Assembly (NCBI GenBank): GCA_031263105.1
Contig: JAISGJ010000136.1
Location: 1 to 43,128, forward strand
From: Coriobacteriales bacterium
GTDB taxonomy: Bacteria > Actinomycetota > Coriobacteriia > Coriobacteriales > UBA8131
Direction of reading: 5' to 3'
Length of the DNA stretch: 43,128 nt
Shown here: positions 1 through 8,768 of the stretch, one piece after another
How positions within the stretch are numbered: the first letter of the stretch is position 1
How the letters are laid out: the number at the start of each line of letters is the position of its first letter
The notes under the pieces: generated by a model
What the model was told of the DNA's origin: nothing
The model's database searches: none
What the model saw: only the letters and a program-made list of their open reading frames with translations
Position numbers and translations under genes: made by a program

Positions 1-82
<82 letters not shown>

Positions 83-229
83 ACACGGGCAAGGATGCCA
101 TACGGCGTTATGGGAGCACCGCTTGTCCGCATGCCCAGGGAAGTGCCGGCCTGTTCTGTGCCGGTGCCGATCGGGAACGGATACCTGTCAGGGAAGCACT
201 GATCGATTGTAGGCAAAGGAGGAACCCTC

Positions 230-517
230 ATGACAGACACACAGAAGGTAGAGAAGGTCAAGGCACTCATAGAGGAAGTCAGGGTGCTCTCGGAGAAGCT
301 CTCGGAGGACGAGCTCGAGCAGATTGCAGGAGGCCAGTGGTGCTATTGCCTCCTCGGCGGCGGCGGGACAGCAAACGGCCTGGACGAGATATGCGGGTGT
401 GTCGGAGGAGGCGTCGGCAAGACTAGGAATCCGAACAATGAACCCGGAATTAATTCTACCGGAACACGATGCGTATGCACCATCTCGGGTGGCGGGCGCG
501 ATTACAGCACCGTGTAG
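230..517 (+). CDS. RiPP precursor peptide P1 (double-glycine leader, three CxC pairs), orphan copy on the opposite strand
   Basis: SD AAGGAGG (216-222) lies 7 nt before the ATG. The leader MTDTQKVEKVKALIEEVRVLSEKLSEDELEQIAGG is shared with five other small ORFs. The core contains CYC, CGC and CVC. Confidence 0.8.
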   Translation: MTDTQKVEKVKALIEEVRVLSEKLSEDELEQIAGGQWCYCLLGGGGTANGLDEICGCVGGGVGKTRNPNNEPGINSTGTRCVCTISGGGRDYSTV

Positions 518-701
518 AACAGCCTTCTTGAACCCCTGCTTTTGTACCGTCGCGGGTTACGGGTATGATTACATCTGACGTCTGACCTGTCGGCGGCACG
601 ACCCATCTGCTGACGACAAGCCGTTGGGCGGACGTTCGTCCCTGGGATGCGCCACGGCAATAGAGCGCAACGCTTGGCAGGGTGAGGTTGGCGGCTATTG
701 T

Positions 702-738
702 GCGCTATCATGATGCGCTGCTTCTGGCCGCCGGAAAG
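702..738. repeat. 37-bp exact direct repeat, copy 1 (ABC signature-motif coding fragment)
   Basis: gcgctatcatgatgcgctgcttctggccgccggaaag is identical to 3696-3732. Read on the minus strand it encodes LSGGQKQRIMIA. Confidence 0.9.
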
Positions 739-744
739 GCTTTC

Positions 745-2037
745 CTAGGCCCCCAGCAGGGCTGCGGGGACTACGGCTATTCCGTCTGGCCTTCGGTAGG
801 CCAAAGGGCCCGTCGTTATGATAAGGGCATCCGCCAGCCTGCCCCCCATGGCCTTCTTCAGCCACACCAGATGCCGCACGTCGGCATCGTCTACAAAGGG
901 AGCGGCCTTCACCTCGACGGCGATTGTCCTGCTGCCTTGGGTGAGGATGAAATCGATCTCACGCTCGCCCTTCTCCGTATGGAAATAGAACATCTCGGCT
1001 TCCAGAACCGCAGCATAGGCGCACAGGCTCTGATACAGCAACGCCTCGAACAGCCGCCCGACGATGTTGCCGTAACGTCCGTCAAAACGTGTCTCAGGCA
1101 GATGCTGGGAGGGCTGGCCCAGAAGGCGGTCGATGCTGATGTCGAGCAGCTGCACGGCAAAGGCAGGGTCTGCGAGATAATGTTTGGGCGTCCTTTTCAA
1201 CCGCGCATAATAGTTCTCGCCGTCAAGCCATGCAGGCAGCTCCTCAATGAGCCAGAGACGTTCAAGCGCCTCCCGATAGGCAATCGTTGTTCTGGTCGCC
1301 GGCTTCTCCGCCACGCCGGCAGTGGCGTTGTCGAGAATCAGGTTGTAGCCCGCAGTTGACGATATGGCCGCCGCATACGCCGTCAACCACCTCTTGAGTG
1401 CCTGAGGCTGCTTGATGTTGATGCCCTCTTGGACGAAGTCATGGGTCAGCAGGTTGTCGAGGTATGACGAGAGCACGGTCCTGCGGCGGCGCTCGTTGGC
1501 AATCCGCAGGGCCGGAAGCCCGGATAGCGCTATCTCGTTCAGGTAGTCGGAGAAGGCAATCGCGGTCTCGCCGCCGATGGGGGCCGAGCACGATTGCCCG
1601 GAATCGAAGAGGCTCGAGAGCGAGACGGTCTTTTTGCCCAATCCGCGCTCTTCGAGGGACAGGGGGAACATCCGTATCCGCACGATTCTTCCCGCACCCG
1701 AGTGGAGGTCGAGGTTCTTGGCGGTAATCGAGCCTGTAAAGAGGAAGCTGCTCCTCTGCCGGTTGCGATCCACGAGCCTGCGAACATGGTCCCAAACCCA
1801 AGGCAGCTTCTGCCATTCGTCAAGAAGGACAGGCTGCTTTGCCGCAACCAGCCTCTCGGCATCGTTTTCCAGAAGCAAGCGGTCGCGCTCACTGTCAAGC
1901 TCAAAGACCGTGTTGGCGATTCGCGAGGCGGACTCCGTCTTTCCGATGCCTTTGAGCCCGTCGACAGAGATGGCAGGCAGGTCGGTCAGCAGGTCTTCGA
2001 GGAAGGGCTCTATGAGCCTGATGTAGCGGCTATCCAT
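745..2037 (-). CDS. AAA ATPase of the AAA_14/DUF4143 type
   Basis: 430-aa ORF. It has an N-terminal P-loop-like GLKGIGKTE. The C-terminal REIDFIL...IAVEVK resembles the nuclease-like end of DUF4143 ATPases. Family assignment is from motif recall only. Confidence 0.7.
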   Translation of the reverse strand: MDSRYIRLIEPFLEDLLTDLPAISVDGLKGIGKTESASRIANTVFELDSERDRLLLENDAERLVAAKQPVLLDEWQKLPWVWDHVRRLVDRNRQRSSFLFTGSITAKNLDLHSGAGRIVRIRMFPLSLEERGLGKKTVSLSSLFDSGQSCSAPIGGETAIAFSDYLNEIALSGLPALRIANERRRRTVLSSYLDNLLTHDFVQEGINIKQPQALKRWLTAYAAAISSTAGYNLILDNATAGVAEKPATRTTIAYREALERLWLIEELPAWLDGENYYARLKRTPKHYLADPAFAVQLLDISIDRLLGQPSQHLPETRFDGRYGNIVGRLFEALLYQSLCAYAAVLEAEMFYFHTEKGEREIDFILTQGSRTIAVEVKAAPFVDDADVRHLVWLKKAMGGRLADALIITTGPLAYRRPDGIAVVPAALLGA

Positions 2038-2086
2038 ACGACCATTCTACGGAAACGCCTCGTTTTGTCAATGATTCTGGAGCCTG

Positions 2087-2125
2087 AATTACAACGATTC
2101 CGGAGTCCCAATTACAACGATTCCG
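2087..2125. repeat. two perfect 16-bp direct repeats (aattacaacgattccg) with a 23-bp period
   Basis: Copies at 2087-2102 and 2110-2125, in the intergenic region just upstream of the 745-2037 gene start. Confidence 0.85.
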
Positions 2126-2205
2126 ACATTTGCAGATGCCGCTGGGATGCACGTGTCAGGGAAACGGCAGGGAGGCTGCCCACGCCTTTGCCTCCTCTTT
2201 GTCTC

Positions 2206-3294
2206 TTAGGATTCCGAATGTCGGAGCAGGTACTCTTGCATGTAGGGGACGTCGAAGCTGATTATGCCGCGTCCCGTCGCCTTGACGACGCCGCTTTCGA
2301 TCAGTCGCAGGCGGTATTTCGCCGCGTAGCCGGAGCTGACCTGCAGGCGCGCGGCCATCTCGGCCATCGAAACGCTGCTCCCGCTCTCTGCCATGGCGAA
2401 GAGGAACGCCTGATCCTTCGCGGACAGCTCGCGCATGATGAGCGCATGGATGTTCCTGAACAGGTCCGCCTTTGAGTTGAGCAGGGCGCGCTCGACGTCG
2501 AGCCTCGACAGGGCCTCCCCTTTGCCTTTCCAGAGATAGTATCCGAGCAGCTGGATCAGGTAGGGGAACCCGCACGTCGCCTTTGCTGCCATAGCGGCCG
2601 TCTCCTCGGTTATCCCCACCTCTGCTTTCTCAAACACCCGTCTGAAGAGATCCTCTGTCAGCATTGCGTCCACACCGGAGAGGAACACCCGGTTCGAGCG
2701 ATGGAGGAACGTCAGGATTTTGTCGTTAAGAACACTGCTCACGGACTGGGGCAGGCCGGCCATAAGAAGCGCGACGTCGTGGTTCTCGCGCATGAGGTGC
2801 TGGTACGTGATCACGAGCTCGCGCATCTCGTCGTTGGCCCTGTGAACCTCGTCGACAAGAAAGACAATGCCCCTGCCGTCGCTTTTCAGCTCGTTTGCCA
2901 GCGAGGTCAGATGGTAACGGAACCCGTGCTCTGGCTCCTTGACGGACGTCGCCACGCCGACGCTGAAGCCCAGCGCCCCGGCATTCAGCCCTATTACGTG
3001 GCGCTTGGCGCTTGGCGAGTCCGCCTGCAGCTGGTCGAGAACAGACTGCAGGAAATGGGGACCCGCAGTCACATCGACAACAGCGAACCGCTTTGAGTCC
3101 AGCGTGTCGCGCACATCGGTAAGGAGCGCGGTCTTGCCCGATCCCCTGATTCCTGAAACCACGGTGACCCGGTTGGGGTCGTTGGGGTTGTCCAAGCCAC
3201 AGAGGAAGTCGCGAACGATGTAGTCACGACCGATAAAGTACTCAGGGCGTTTGCCGAACTGTGGATGAAACGGATTTGCTGCCAGCGCCTCCAT
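2206..3294 (-). CDS. ATP-binding protein (STAND/ORC-like AAA ATPase with C-terminal winged-helix-like region)
   Basis: 362-aa ORF. Walker A is GIRGSGKTALL and Walker B is IVFLVDEVH. The C-terminal segment LQVSSGYAAKYRLRLIESGVV looks like an HTH. Confidence 0.7.
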   Translation of the reverse strand: MEALAANPFHPQFGKRPEYFIGRDYIVRDFLCGLDNPNDPNRVTVVSGIRGSGKTALLTDVRDTLDSKRFAVVDVTAGPHFLQSVLDQLQADSPSAKRHVIGLNAGALGFSVGVATSVKEPEHGFRYHLTSLANELKSDGRGIVFLVDEVHRANDEMRELVITYQHLMRENHDVALLMAGLPQSVSSVLNDKILTFLHRSNRVFLSGVDAMLTEDLFRRVFEKAEVGITEETAAMAAKATCGFPYLIQLLGYYLWKGKGEALSRLDVERALLNSKADLFRNIHALIMRELSAKDQAFLFAMAESGSSVSMAEMAARLQVSSGYAAKYRLRLIESGVVKATGRGIISFDVPYMQEYLLRHSES

Positions 3295-3344
3295 GCTGTC
3301 GCCTGCCTTTCACGACCTCGATACTTCAGGTAGTTTTCATCGAT

Positions 3345-3373
3345 AGTTTATCGAAGTTTCGTTATTCTAGCAA
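3345..3373 (-). promoter_or_regulatory. candidate sigma70-like promoter for the 2206-3294 gene
   Basis: The minus strand reads TTGCTA-17 nt-TAAACT in an AT-rich spacer. The -10 overlaps the palindrome TCGATA-aac-TATCGA. Confidence 0.3.
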
Positions 3374-3429
3374 ATTTTCGGCATCGGTAACGATGATGTA
3401 TCACCTGACACGCGAAAGCTGATCGTCTT

Positions 3430-5610
3430 CTAGTCCAGCTGCTGGCGGCGGACGAGGTCGGCGAAGAGGCCGCCTTGGGCCACGAGATCGTCGTAGCTGC
3501 CGTCCTCGGCGATGGCACCGTCCTCCAGCACGACGATGCGGTCGGCCTCCTTGATGGTGGAGAGGCGGTGGGCCACGATGATGCGGGTGCTCCTGAGCGC
3601 CGCGAGGGACTCGGAGACCTGCCGCTGCGTGATGTTGTCGAGTGCGCTCGTCGCCTCGTCGAACATGAGGATGCTCGGCTTCGACGCTATCGCGCGCGCT
3701 ATCATGATGCGCTGCTTCTGGCCGCCGGAAAGCCCGCCGGAGCCTTCGCTCACCATGGTCCGCATCCCCATGGGCATGGCGCGGATGTCGGCGGCGACCC
3801 CCGCCATCTCGGCGGCCTCCCAGGCCTCCTTGAGCGTGATCTGCGGCGCGGCGATGCCGATGTTGGAGAAGATGTCGCCCTGGAACAGGTCGCCGGTCTG
3901 CAGGACGACGCCGATGTTGCCCCTGAGAGACTTCAGGTCGAGCTTGCCCATGTCCTTCTCGTCATAGTATATCGCGCCTGCCTGGGGCGCCTCGAAGCCG
4001 AGGAGCAGCCGCAGCAGGGTGGACTTCCCGCAGCCGGTCTTGCCCACCAGGGCAAGGTACTCGCCCCGCCTGATGGTCAGATCCAGATTGTCGAGGACAG
4101 GCGGCGCGTCCTTCTCGTAGGCGAAGGAGACCCCCTCGATACGAATGGAGCCGCCCAGGGAGCGCAGTATCTCCTTGCTCTCCCCCAGCTCGGACGGCTC
4201 TTCGAGCAGGGGCTTTGCAATCTCAAGGATAGGCTTGATGTTCGCCATGGTGCCCACGATGCCGACGATCGGGATGAGTGCGCCGGAGACCTGCCCGAAG
4301 GCCGTCATGAAGGCGAAGTACTGCGGGACGTCCACGCCAGAGGTCGCCGCGACGAAATAGATGAACAGGAGACCTGCAATCCCCACCACCGCGTTCAGGG
4401 CCGGCATCAGCTTCAGCAGGACAGGCGGGTTGTAGTCGCAGCGCGCCTGCTCCTTGTAGATGTCCGCCCATTTTGCGAAGGCCCGCTTCTCGGCGCCGGA
4501 AAGCCGTAGCTTTTGGATGCCGGAGAACAGCGAGAACACGAGTGCGCTCAAGCGATTGGCAAGCGGCAGCCTCCTGCGCATGAGCGCCTGCTCCAGGCGC
4601 ACGCCCAAAAGCCCCACCGCGACCTGCAAGGCTATGGCGACGATGGCGGGCAGCGCAAGGCTTGGCGCTATGGAGAAGATCTGCGCCACATAGACCACGG
4701 AGAATATCGAGGCGAACGACGTCGTGAAGGCGACGGAGACGACGAGGGACGCGACCGAGCTCAGGTTGTTCATCCGGTTCGACAGGTCGCCTGCGCTGAA
4801 GCCCTTGAAGAAGACCGGCGGCATGTTGATGAGCTTGCCGAAGACGGCGCTCTCCATGACTATCTGCAGCTTGGTGGCGATGCGCGTCTCCGCGAGGCTT
4901 TTCAGGATGCCGAAGAGGATCGTCGAGAGCGAGACCCCCACCAGCAAAGCGGCAATCGCCCCCAGCTCCGAGAGCCGCCCCGAGGGGATCACGTGCGAGA
5001 AGATGAACTCGTTCGCCCAGGGCAGGGCAAGCCCCACGAGCGCCACGGCGACGGTCGCGAGCAGCACCAGGGAGAAGTCAGCCTTCTCGGTGCGCTCGAA
5101 CAGGAACCTGACAATGCCGCGCAAGTCGGTCGCGTCGTTGGGGAGCGGCCGGTAGAAGCAGATCGCGTCCCCTTCGAGCGCCTCTGCGGCCCGGGCGTTC
5201 ATCCTCACCTTCTGTCGACGCCCGTAATCGAAGAAGCGGTAGCCGCTCAACGTGGGGACGAGCGCCACATAGCCTCCCGCCTTGGTCTTGCACAGCATCG
5301 CCTCACTCGCGTTCTTCCACCACGCGCCCTCAAGCGACACATGGCGCCACATGACGCCGGACGGCCTGAGCAGGCGCTCGAGCCAGTCGTCGCCCTCCGT
5401 GTCGAAGTCGTCGCCCGCGTCGCGGGCGATGCCGTAGAAGCGGCATATCTCATCGACCGCGCTGCGCGTCCTTGTCTGCTCGCTCGACACGTACTCGGAG
5501 GCGACCTTCTCCCCCATGAGGACCGCCGCGAGGTCAAGGGTGGCATTGGTGAGCTGCGCGTCGTCGAAGGCAACCCGGTCGCGGATCTGTTTTTCCTGAA
5601 ATTGCACCAT
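3430..5610 (-). CDS. bacteriocin/RiPP-type ABC exporter, permease-ATPase without a recognisable C39 catalytic domain
   Basis: Start chosen at ATG 5610 (MVQFQEKQ...), 5 nt after the stop of the upstream gene. Walker A is GKTGCGKST, signature is LSGGQKQR and Walker B is ILMFDEATSALD. There are six or so TM segments. The N-terminal ~170 aa show no Cys/His peptidase motif. Confidence 0.85.
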   Translation of the reverse strand: MVQFQEKQIRDRVAFDDAQLTNATLDLAAVLMGEKVASEYVSSEQTRTRSAVDEICRFYGIARDAGDDFDTEGDDWLERLLRPSGVMWRHVSLEGAWWKNASEAMLCKTKAGGYVALVPTLSGYRFFDYGRRQKVRMNARAAEALEGDAICFYRPLPNDATDLRGIVRFLFERTEKADFSLVLLATVAVALVGLALPWANEFIFSHVIPSGRLSELGAIAALLVGVSLSTILFGILKSLAETRIATKLQIVMESAVFGKLINMPPVFFKGFSAGDLSNRMNNLSSVASLVVSVAFTTSFASIFSVVYVAQIFSIAPSLALPAIVAIALQVAVGLLGVRLEQALMRRRLPLANRLSALVFSLFSGIQKLRLSGAEKRAFAKWADIYKEQARCDYNPPVLLKLMPALNAVVGIAGLLFIYFVAATSGVDVPQYFAFMTAFGQVSGALIPIVGIVGTMANIKPILEIAKPLLEEPSELGESKEILRSLGGSIRIEGVSFAYEKDAPPVLDNLDLTIRRGEYLALVGKTGCGKSTLLRLLLGFEAPQAGAIYYDEKDMGKLDLKSLRGNIGVVLQTGDLFQGDIFSNIGIAAPQITLKEAWEAAEMAGVAADIRAMPMGMRTMVSEGSGGLSGGQKQRIMIARAIASKPSILMFDEATSALDNITQRQVSESLAALRSTRIIVAHRLSTIKEADRIVVLEDGAIAEDGSYDDLVAQGGLFADLVRRQQLD
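3696..3732. repeat. 37-bp exact direct repeat, copy 2 (inside the intact ABC gene)
   Basis: Identical to 702-738. It covers the LSGGQKQRIMIA codons of the 3430-5610 gene. Confidence 0.9.
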
Positions 5611-5615
5611 GTGGG

Positions 5616-7829
5616 TCACTCCATCGAGATCAGCTTCGTGTAGAGCCCTCCGGCGGCAAAGAGCTCCGCGTGTGTGCCGCGTTCCTGCACGCGGCCCTGG
5701 TCCAACACGATGATCTCGTCGGCGTCGCGTATCGTCGAGAGGCGGTGCGCCACGATCACGCAGGTGATGCCGCGCTCCCGTATGGAGCGGATGACCTCGT
5801 ATTCCGTCTTCGCGTCCAAGGCGCTCGTCGCCTCGTCCAAGATGAGCAGGGTGGGGTCCTGGGCCAGCGCGCACGCGATCTCTATCCTTTGGCGCTGCCC
5901 GCCCGAGAAGTTCTTGCCGCCCTCGGAGACCGTGTCGTTGTAGCCCCGTGGGCGCCGCACGATCTCCTCGTGTATCGCGGCGTCACGCGCCGCGAGGATG
6001 ACCTCGAAGTCCTCGATGCTCTTGTCCCACATCTTGATGTTCTCGGAGACGCTGTCCTCGAACATGATGATGTCCTGGTCGACCACGGCGATCGAGGAGG
6101 TGAAGGCGACCCGGGGAATCTCCGAGCGCGCCTTGCCGTCGTAGGTGATGCTGCCGCTCCACGGGTCGTACAGGCCGGAGATCAGCTTCGCCAGCGTGGA
6201 CTTCCCGCAGCCCGACGCCCCCACGAAGGCGACCTTGGAGCCGGGCGCAAGCCTCATGTCGAAGTCTTGGATGAGCGGCTCGGCCAGAGGCGAGTAGCCG
6301 AAGGTGACCCCTTCCATGCGGATCTCTCCGCGCAGCTTCTCGAGGCGCGTGTCATCTTCGAAGTCGGCGTTGGCTGCATCGACGTCCGCCTCGTAGTGCA
6401 TGACGTCCTCGATGCGCTCCATCGACACCCGCATCTCCTGGATGCCCTGCCCTGTGGTTATGAGGCTGTTCACAGGGTTGAGGAAGGCCTGCACGAACGA
6501 CTGGAAGGCGAGCAGCATGCCGGCGGTGAACTGCCCTGCCATGATGAGCGCCACGCCCAGCATCAGAATCAGGAGGTTGAGAAGGCTCTGCACGAGGCCG
6601 GGCAGCGAGCCGAGCGAGAAGTTGAGGGCGGCGGTCTTGGTGGCCGACTCGGTATACAAGGCGTACAGGCCGGCCCACTTCGCGAAGAACCCGTTCTCTG
6701 CGCCCACGGACTTGATGGTCTCCATCATGGAGATGCCGGTCAGCGTCATCCCCTGGAGCATGCTCTGGTTGCGCACCTGGACCCGTGATATGTCCACCCG
6801 CCTCTTTGAGATGACATACGCGAGCGCCACGTTCAGGAGCGTCGCCGCACAGGCGATGCAGGCGAGCAGGACGTTGTAGCGCATCATGACGGTCAGGTAG
6901 ATGACAAGGAGCGCCGCGTTTATGAGCACGGGGGCGACCCGCATGACGAAGGTCGCCGCTATCGCGTCGTTCGACGCCTGCCTGAGGGCGATGTCCCCCG
7001 CGAGCCTCTGGGAGAAGAAGCGCATGGGCAGCCTCAGCACATGCCAGATGAAGCCCGCGTTCGAGGATATGGCCAGCCTGCCCGCCACCTTGAACAGGTA
7101 GAACTGGTTGAGGGCGAGCGCGATGAACATGAACGCCCCGAAGGCGGCGAACACGCCCAGGAAGGGCATGAGCCAGGCCTGGTCCGCCTGCGCAAGTATC
7201 CGGTCGGTGAAGACGCGCATGAACGACGGCTGGACGATGCCGCCGACCGCGATGAGCGCGCTCATGAGCGCAAGCAGCACCAAGGCTGAGAAGGAGCCTG
7301 TCAGGCGCTCCCGCACAAAGCCCAGCACGCTGCGCGGCTTGCCTTCGGGCCTGAAGTCGGGCCCGGGGCTCAGTGTGATGCATATCCCGGAATAGGAGTG
7401 CTTGAACTTCTCGAACTCCAGGTCGTAACGGCCCCGTGCCGGGTCGCTGATGCAGGCTGTCGCGCCGCCTCGCTTGAAGCCCTCCAAGACGACGAAGTGG
7501 CTGAAGTTCCAGAAGAGGATGCAGGGAAAGGACGTCTTCGCCGCAAGCTCCTCCGCCTCGTACTTGAAGCCCTTGGCCTCGAGCCCATGGTTGCGCGCGG
7601 CCTTGAGGATGTTGCGGGCGGTGCTGCCGTCCCGCGAGACGCCGCAGTCCTCGCGCAGCTTTTCGAGGGGGATCCACTTGCGGTAGTGCGCGAGCACCAT
7701 GTCGAGGGAGGCGGCCCCGCACTCGGCGGCCTCCATCTGGAGGATCACGGGAACCTTTATGCGCCTTGCCTTTGCGCGCGTCGGCCGCATCTTCTGTTGT
7801 GCGTTCTCGTTGTCTTGTCCGGTCGTCAT
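5616..7829 (-). CDS. C39 peptidase-domain ABC exporter (double-glycine leader cleavage and export)
   Basis: The N-terminal LQMEAAECGAASLDMVLAHY supplies the catalytic Cys and FSHFVVLEG supplies the His. Walker A is GASGCGKST, signature is FSGGQRQR and Walker B is LLILDEATSALD. Confidence 0.9.
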   Translation of the reverse strand: MTTGQDNENAQQKMRPTRAKARRIKVPVILQMEAAECGAASLDMVLAHYRKWIPLEKLREDCGVSRDGSTARNILKAARNHGLEAKGFKYEAEELAAKTSFPCILFWNFSHFVVLEGFKRGGATACISDPARGRYDLEFEKFKHSYSGICITLSPGPDFRPEGKPRSVLGFVRERLTGSFSALVLLALMSALIAVGGIVQPSFMRVFTDRILAQADQAWLMPFLGVFAAFGAFMFIALALNQFYLFKVAGRLAISSNAGFIWHVLRLPMRFFSQRLAGDIALRQASNDAIAATFVMRVAPVLINAALLVIYLTVMMRYNVLLACIACAATLLNVALAYVISKRRVDISRVQVRNQSMLQGMTLTGISMMETIKSVGAENGFFAKWAGLYALYTESATKTAALNFSLGSLPGLVQSLLNLLILMLGVALIMAGQFTAGMLLAFQSFVQAFLNPVNSLITTGQGIQEMRVSMERIEDVMHYEADVDAANADFEDDTRLEKLRGEIRMEGVTFGYSPLAEPLIQDFDMRLAPGSKVAFVGASGCGKSTLAKLISGLYDPWSGSITYDGKARSEIPRVAFTSSIAVVDQDIIMFEDSVSENIKMWDKSIEDFEVILAARDAAIHEEIVRRPRGYNDTVSEGGKNFSGGQRQRIEIACALAQDPTLLILDEATSALDAKTEYEVIRSIRERGITCVIVAHRLSTIRDADEIIVLDQGRVQERGTHAELFAAGGLYTKLISME

Positions 7830-7857
7830 GGAATCTCACATCGAAGGTTCTGCGCAG

Positions 7858-8403
7858 TCAGTTGAGCAAGAACGAGATGAGCTTTTCCTCGCGTGTGACG
7901 ATGGTGACCTCCGCGACGGTATCGCCGGTTCCTGTCGGGGCGCCGTCGGCCGCGACACCCCCAGGGGCAGCGTCTATCGTCACGCGGTACCCGAAGGGGC
8001 TCGTGGCCAGAAGGTAGGCCATCCACGCGTCGGCCTGCTCGTCGGCGACCTCCTCCTGCGAGAGCGGACGGGCGCCGACCTCGGCGACGGTGCCCTCGAG
8101 AACCGTGCCGTCGGGCATGGCCACGCGCGCATCGCAGCCGACAAGCGGCGTGGACGGCATCTGCTCGACCGGTATGTAGCTCACGACGCTTCCGTCCTCA
8201 TGGACAAGCCCCGTGGCGGAGAGGGTCTGGGAGAAGCTGCCCGTGAATCCCCAGATCAGGGCACCCGCCACGAACACCACGAGCGCGGCCACCGCAATCC
8301 AGGCGCTGGGCCGCACCACCCTCAGATAACCGTCGAGCCTCTCCGGCGAGAGCACCCGTTCGATGGCCTCCTCGCTGAACAGCTCCCGTTTCGTCTCAGC
8401 CAT
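7858..8403 (-). CDS. short HlyD/membrane-fusion-like secretion protein (181 aa)
   Basis: The N-terminus FSEEAIERVLSPERLDGYLRVVRPSAWIAVAALVVFVAGALIW resembles NHLP/Nif11-type bacteriocin secretion proteins. It has a single TM segment. It lacks the long coiled-coil portion of normal HlyD proteins. Confidence 0.6.
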   Translation of the reverse strand: MAETKRELFSEEAIERVLSPERLDGYLRVVRPSAWIAVAALVVFVAGALIWGFTGSFSQTLSATGLVHEDGSVVSYIPVEQMPSTPLVGCDARVAMPDGTVLEGTVAEVGARPLSQEEVADEQADAWMAYLLATSPFGYRVTIDAAPGGVAADGAPTGTGDTVAEVTIVTREEKLISFLLN

Positions 8404-8438
8404 GTCTCCTTGCTCCTGTCAATGCAAAAATGGGACGC

Positions 8439-8729
8439 CTACCTTTCGATGGAAGCCGGGCCAATCCCACTGTAAGGGTCAAGGTCTGCTCCGAAGCCGT
8501 AGGCGTGGCAGCCGCATCGTATTCCCTCGTCATTCGTGCCCTCGCCACCTGTTTCACAGGAACACAGCTTACTGCCATGGTCGTTTCCCTGTCCATCCCC
8601 GCCTAAGGCACAGATACAGACGCCGCCGCCCGCAACCTGCTCAAGTTCGTCTTCCGAGAGCTCCGCTGAGAGCTCCTCGATTTCTCCCATGAGCGCCTTG
8701 ACCTTCTCTACCTTCTGTGTGTCCGTCAA
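8439..8729 (-). CDS. RiPP precursor peptide P2 (GG leader, CIC/CSC/CGC core)
   Basis: TTG start (8727-8729) lies 7 nt after GGAGG. The leader is MTDTQKVEKVKALMGEIEELSAELSEDELEQVAGG. Confidence 0.8.
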   Translation of the reverse strand: MTDTQKVEKVKALMGEIEELSAELSEDELEQVAGGGVCICALGGDGQGNDHGSKLCSCETGGEGTNDEGIRCGCHAYGFGADLDPYSGIGPASIER

Positions 8730-8768
8730 GACGGTTCCTCCTTTTTGCCTACAGTCAATCGGTGCCTC

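Noticed and set aside
5611-5874. 88-codon N-terminal extension of the 3430-5874 ORF
   Set aside because: The extension overlaps the 3' end of the C39-ABC gene and is Arg/Gly/His-rich. The ATG at 5610 gives MVQFQEKQ..., only 5 nt after the upstream stop, so 3430-5610 was preferred.
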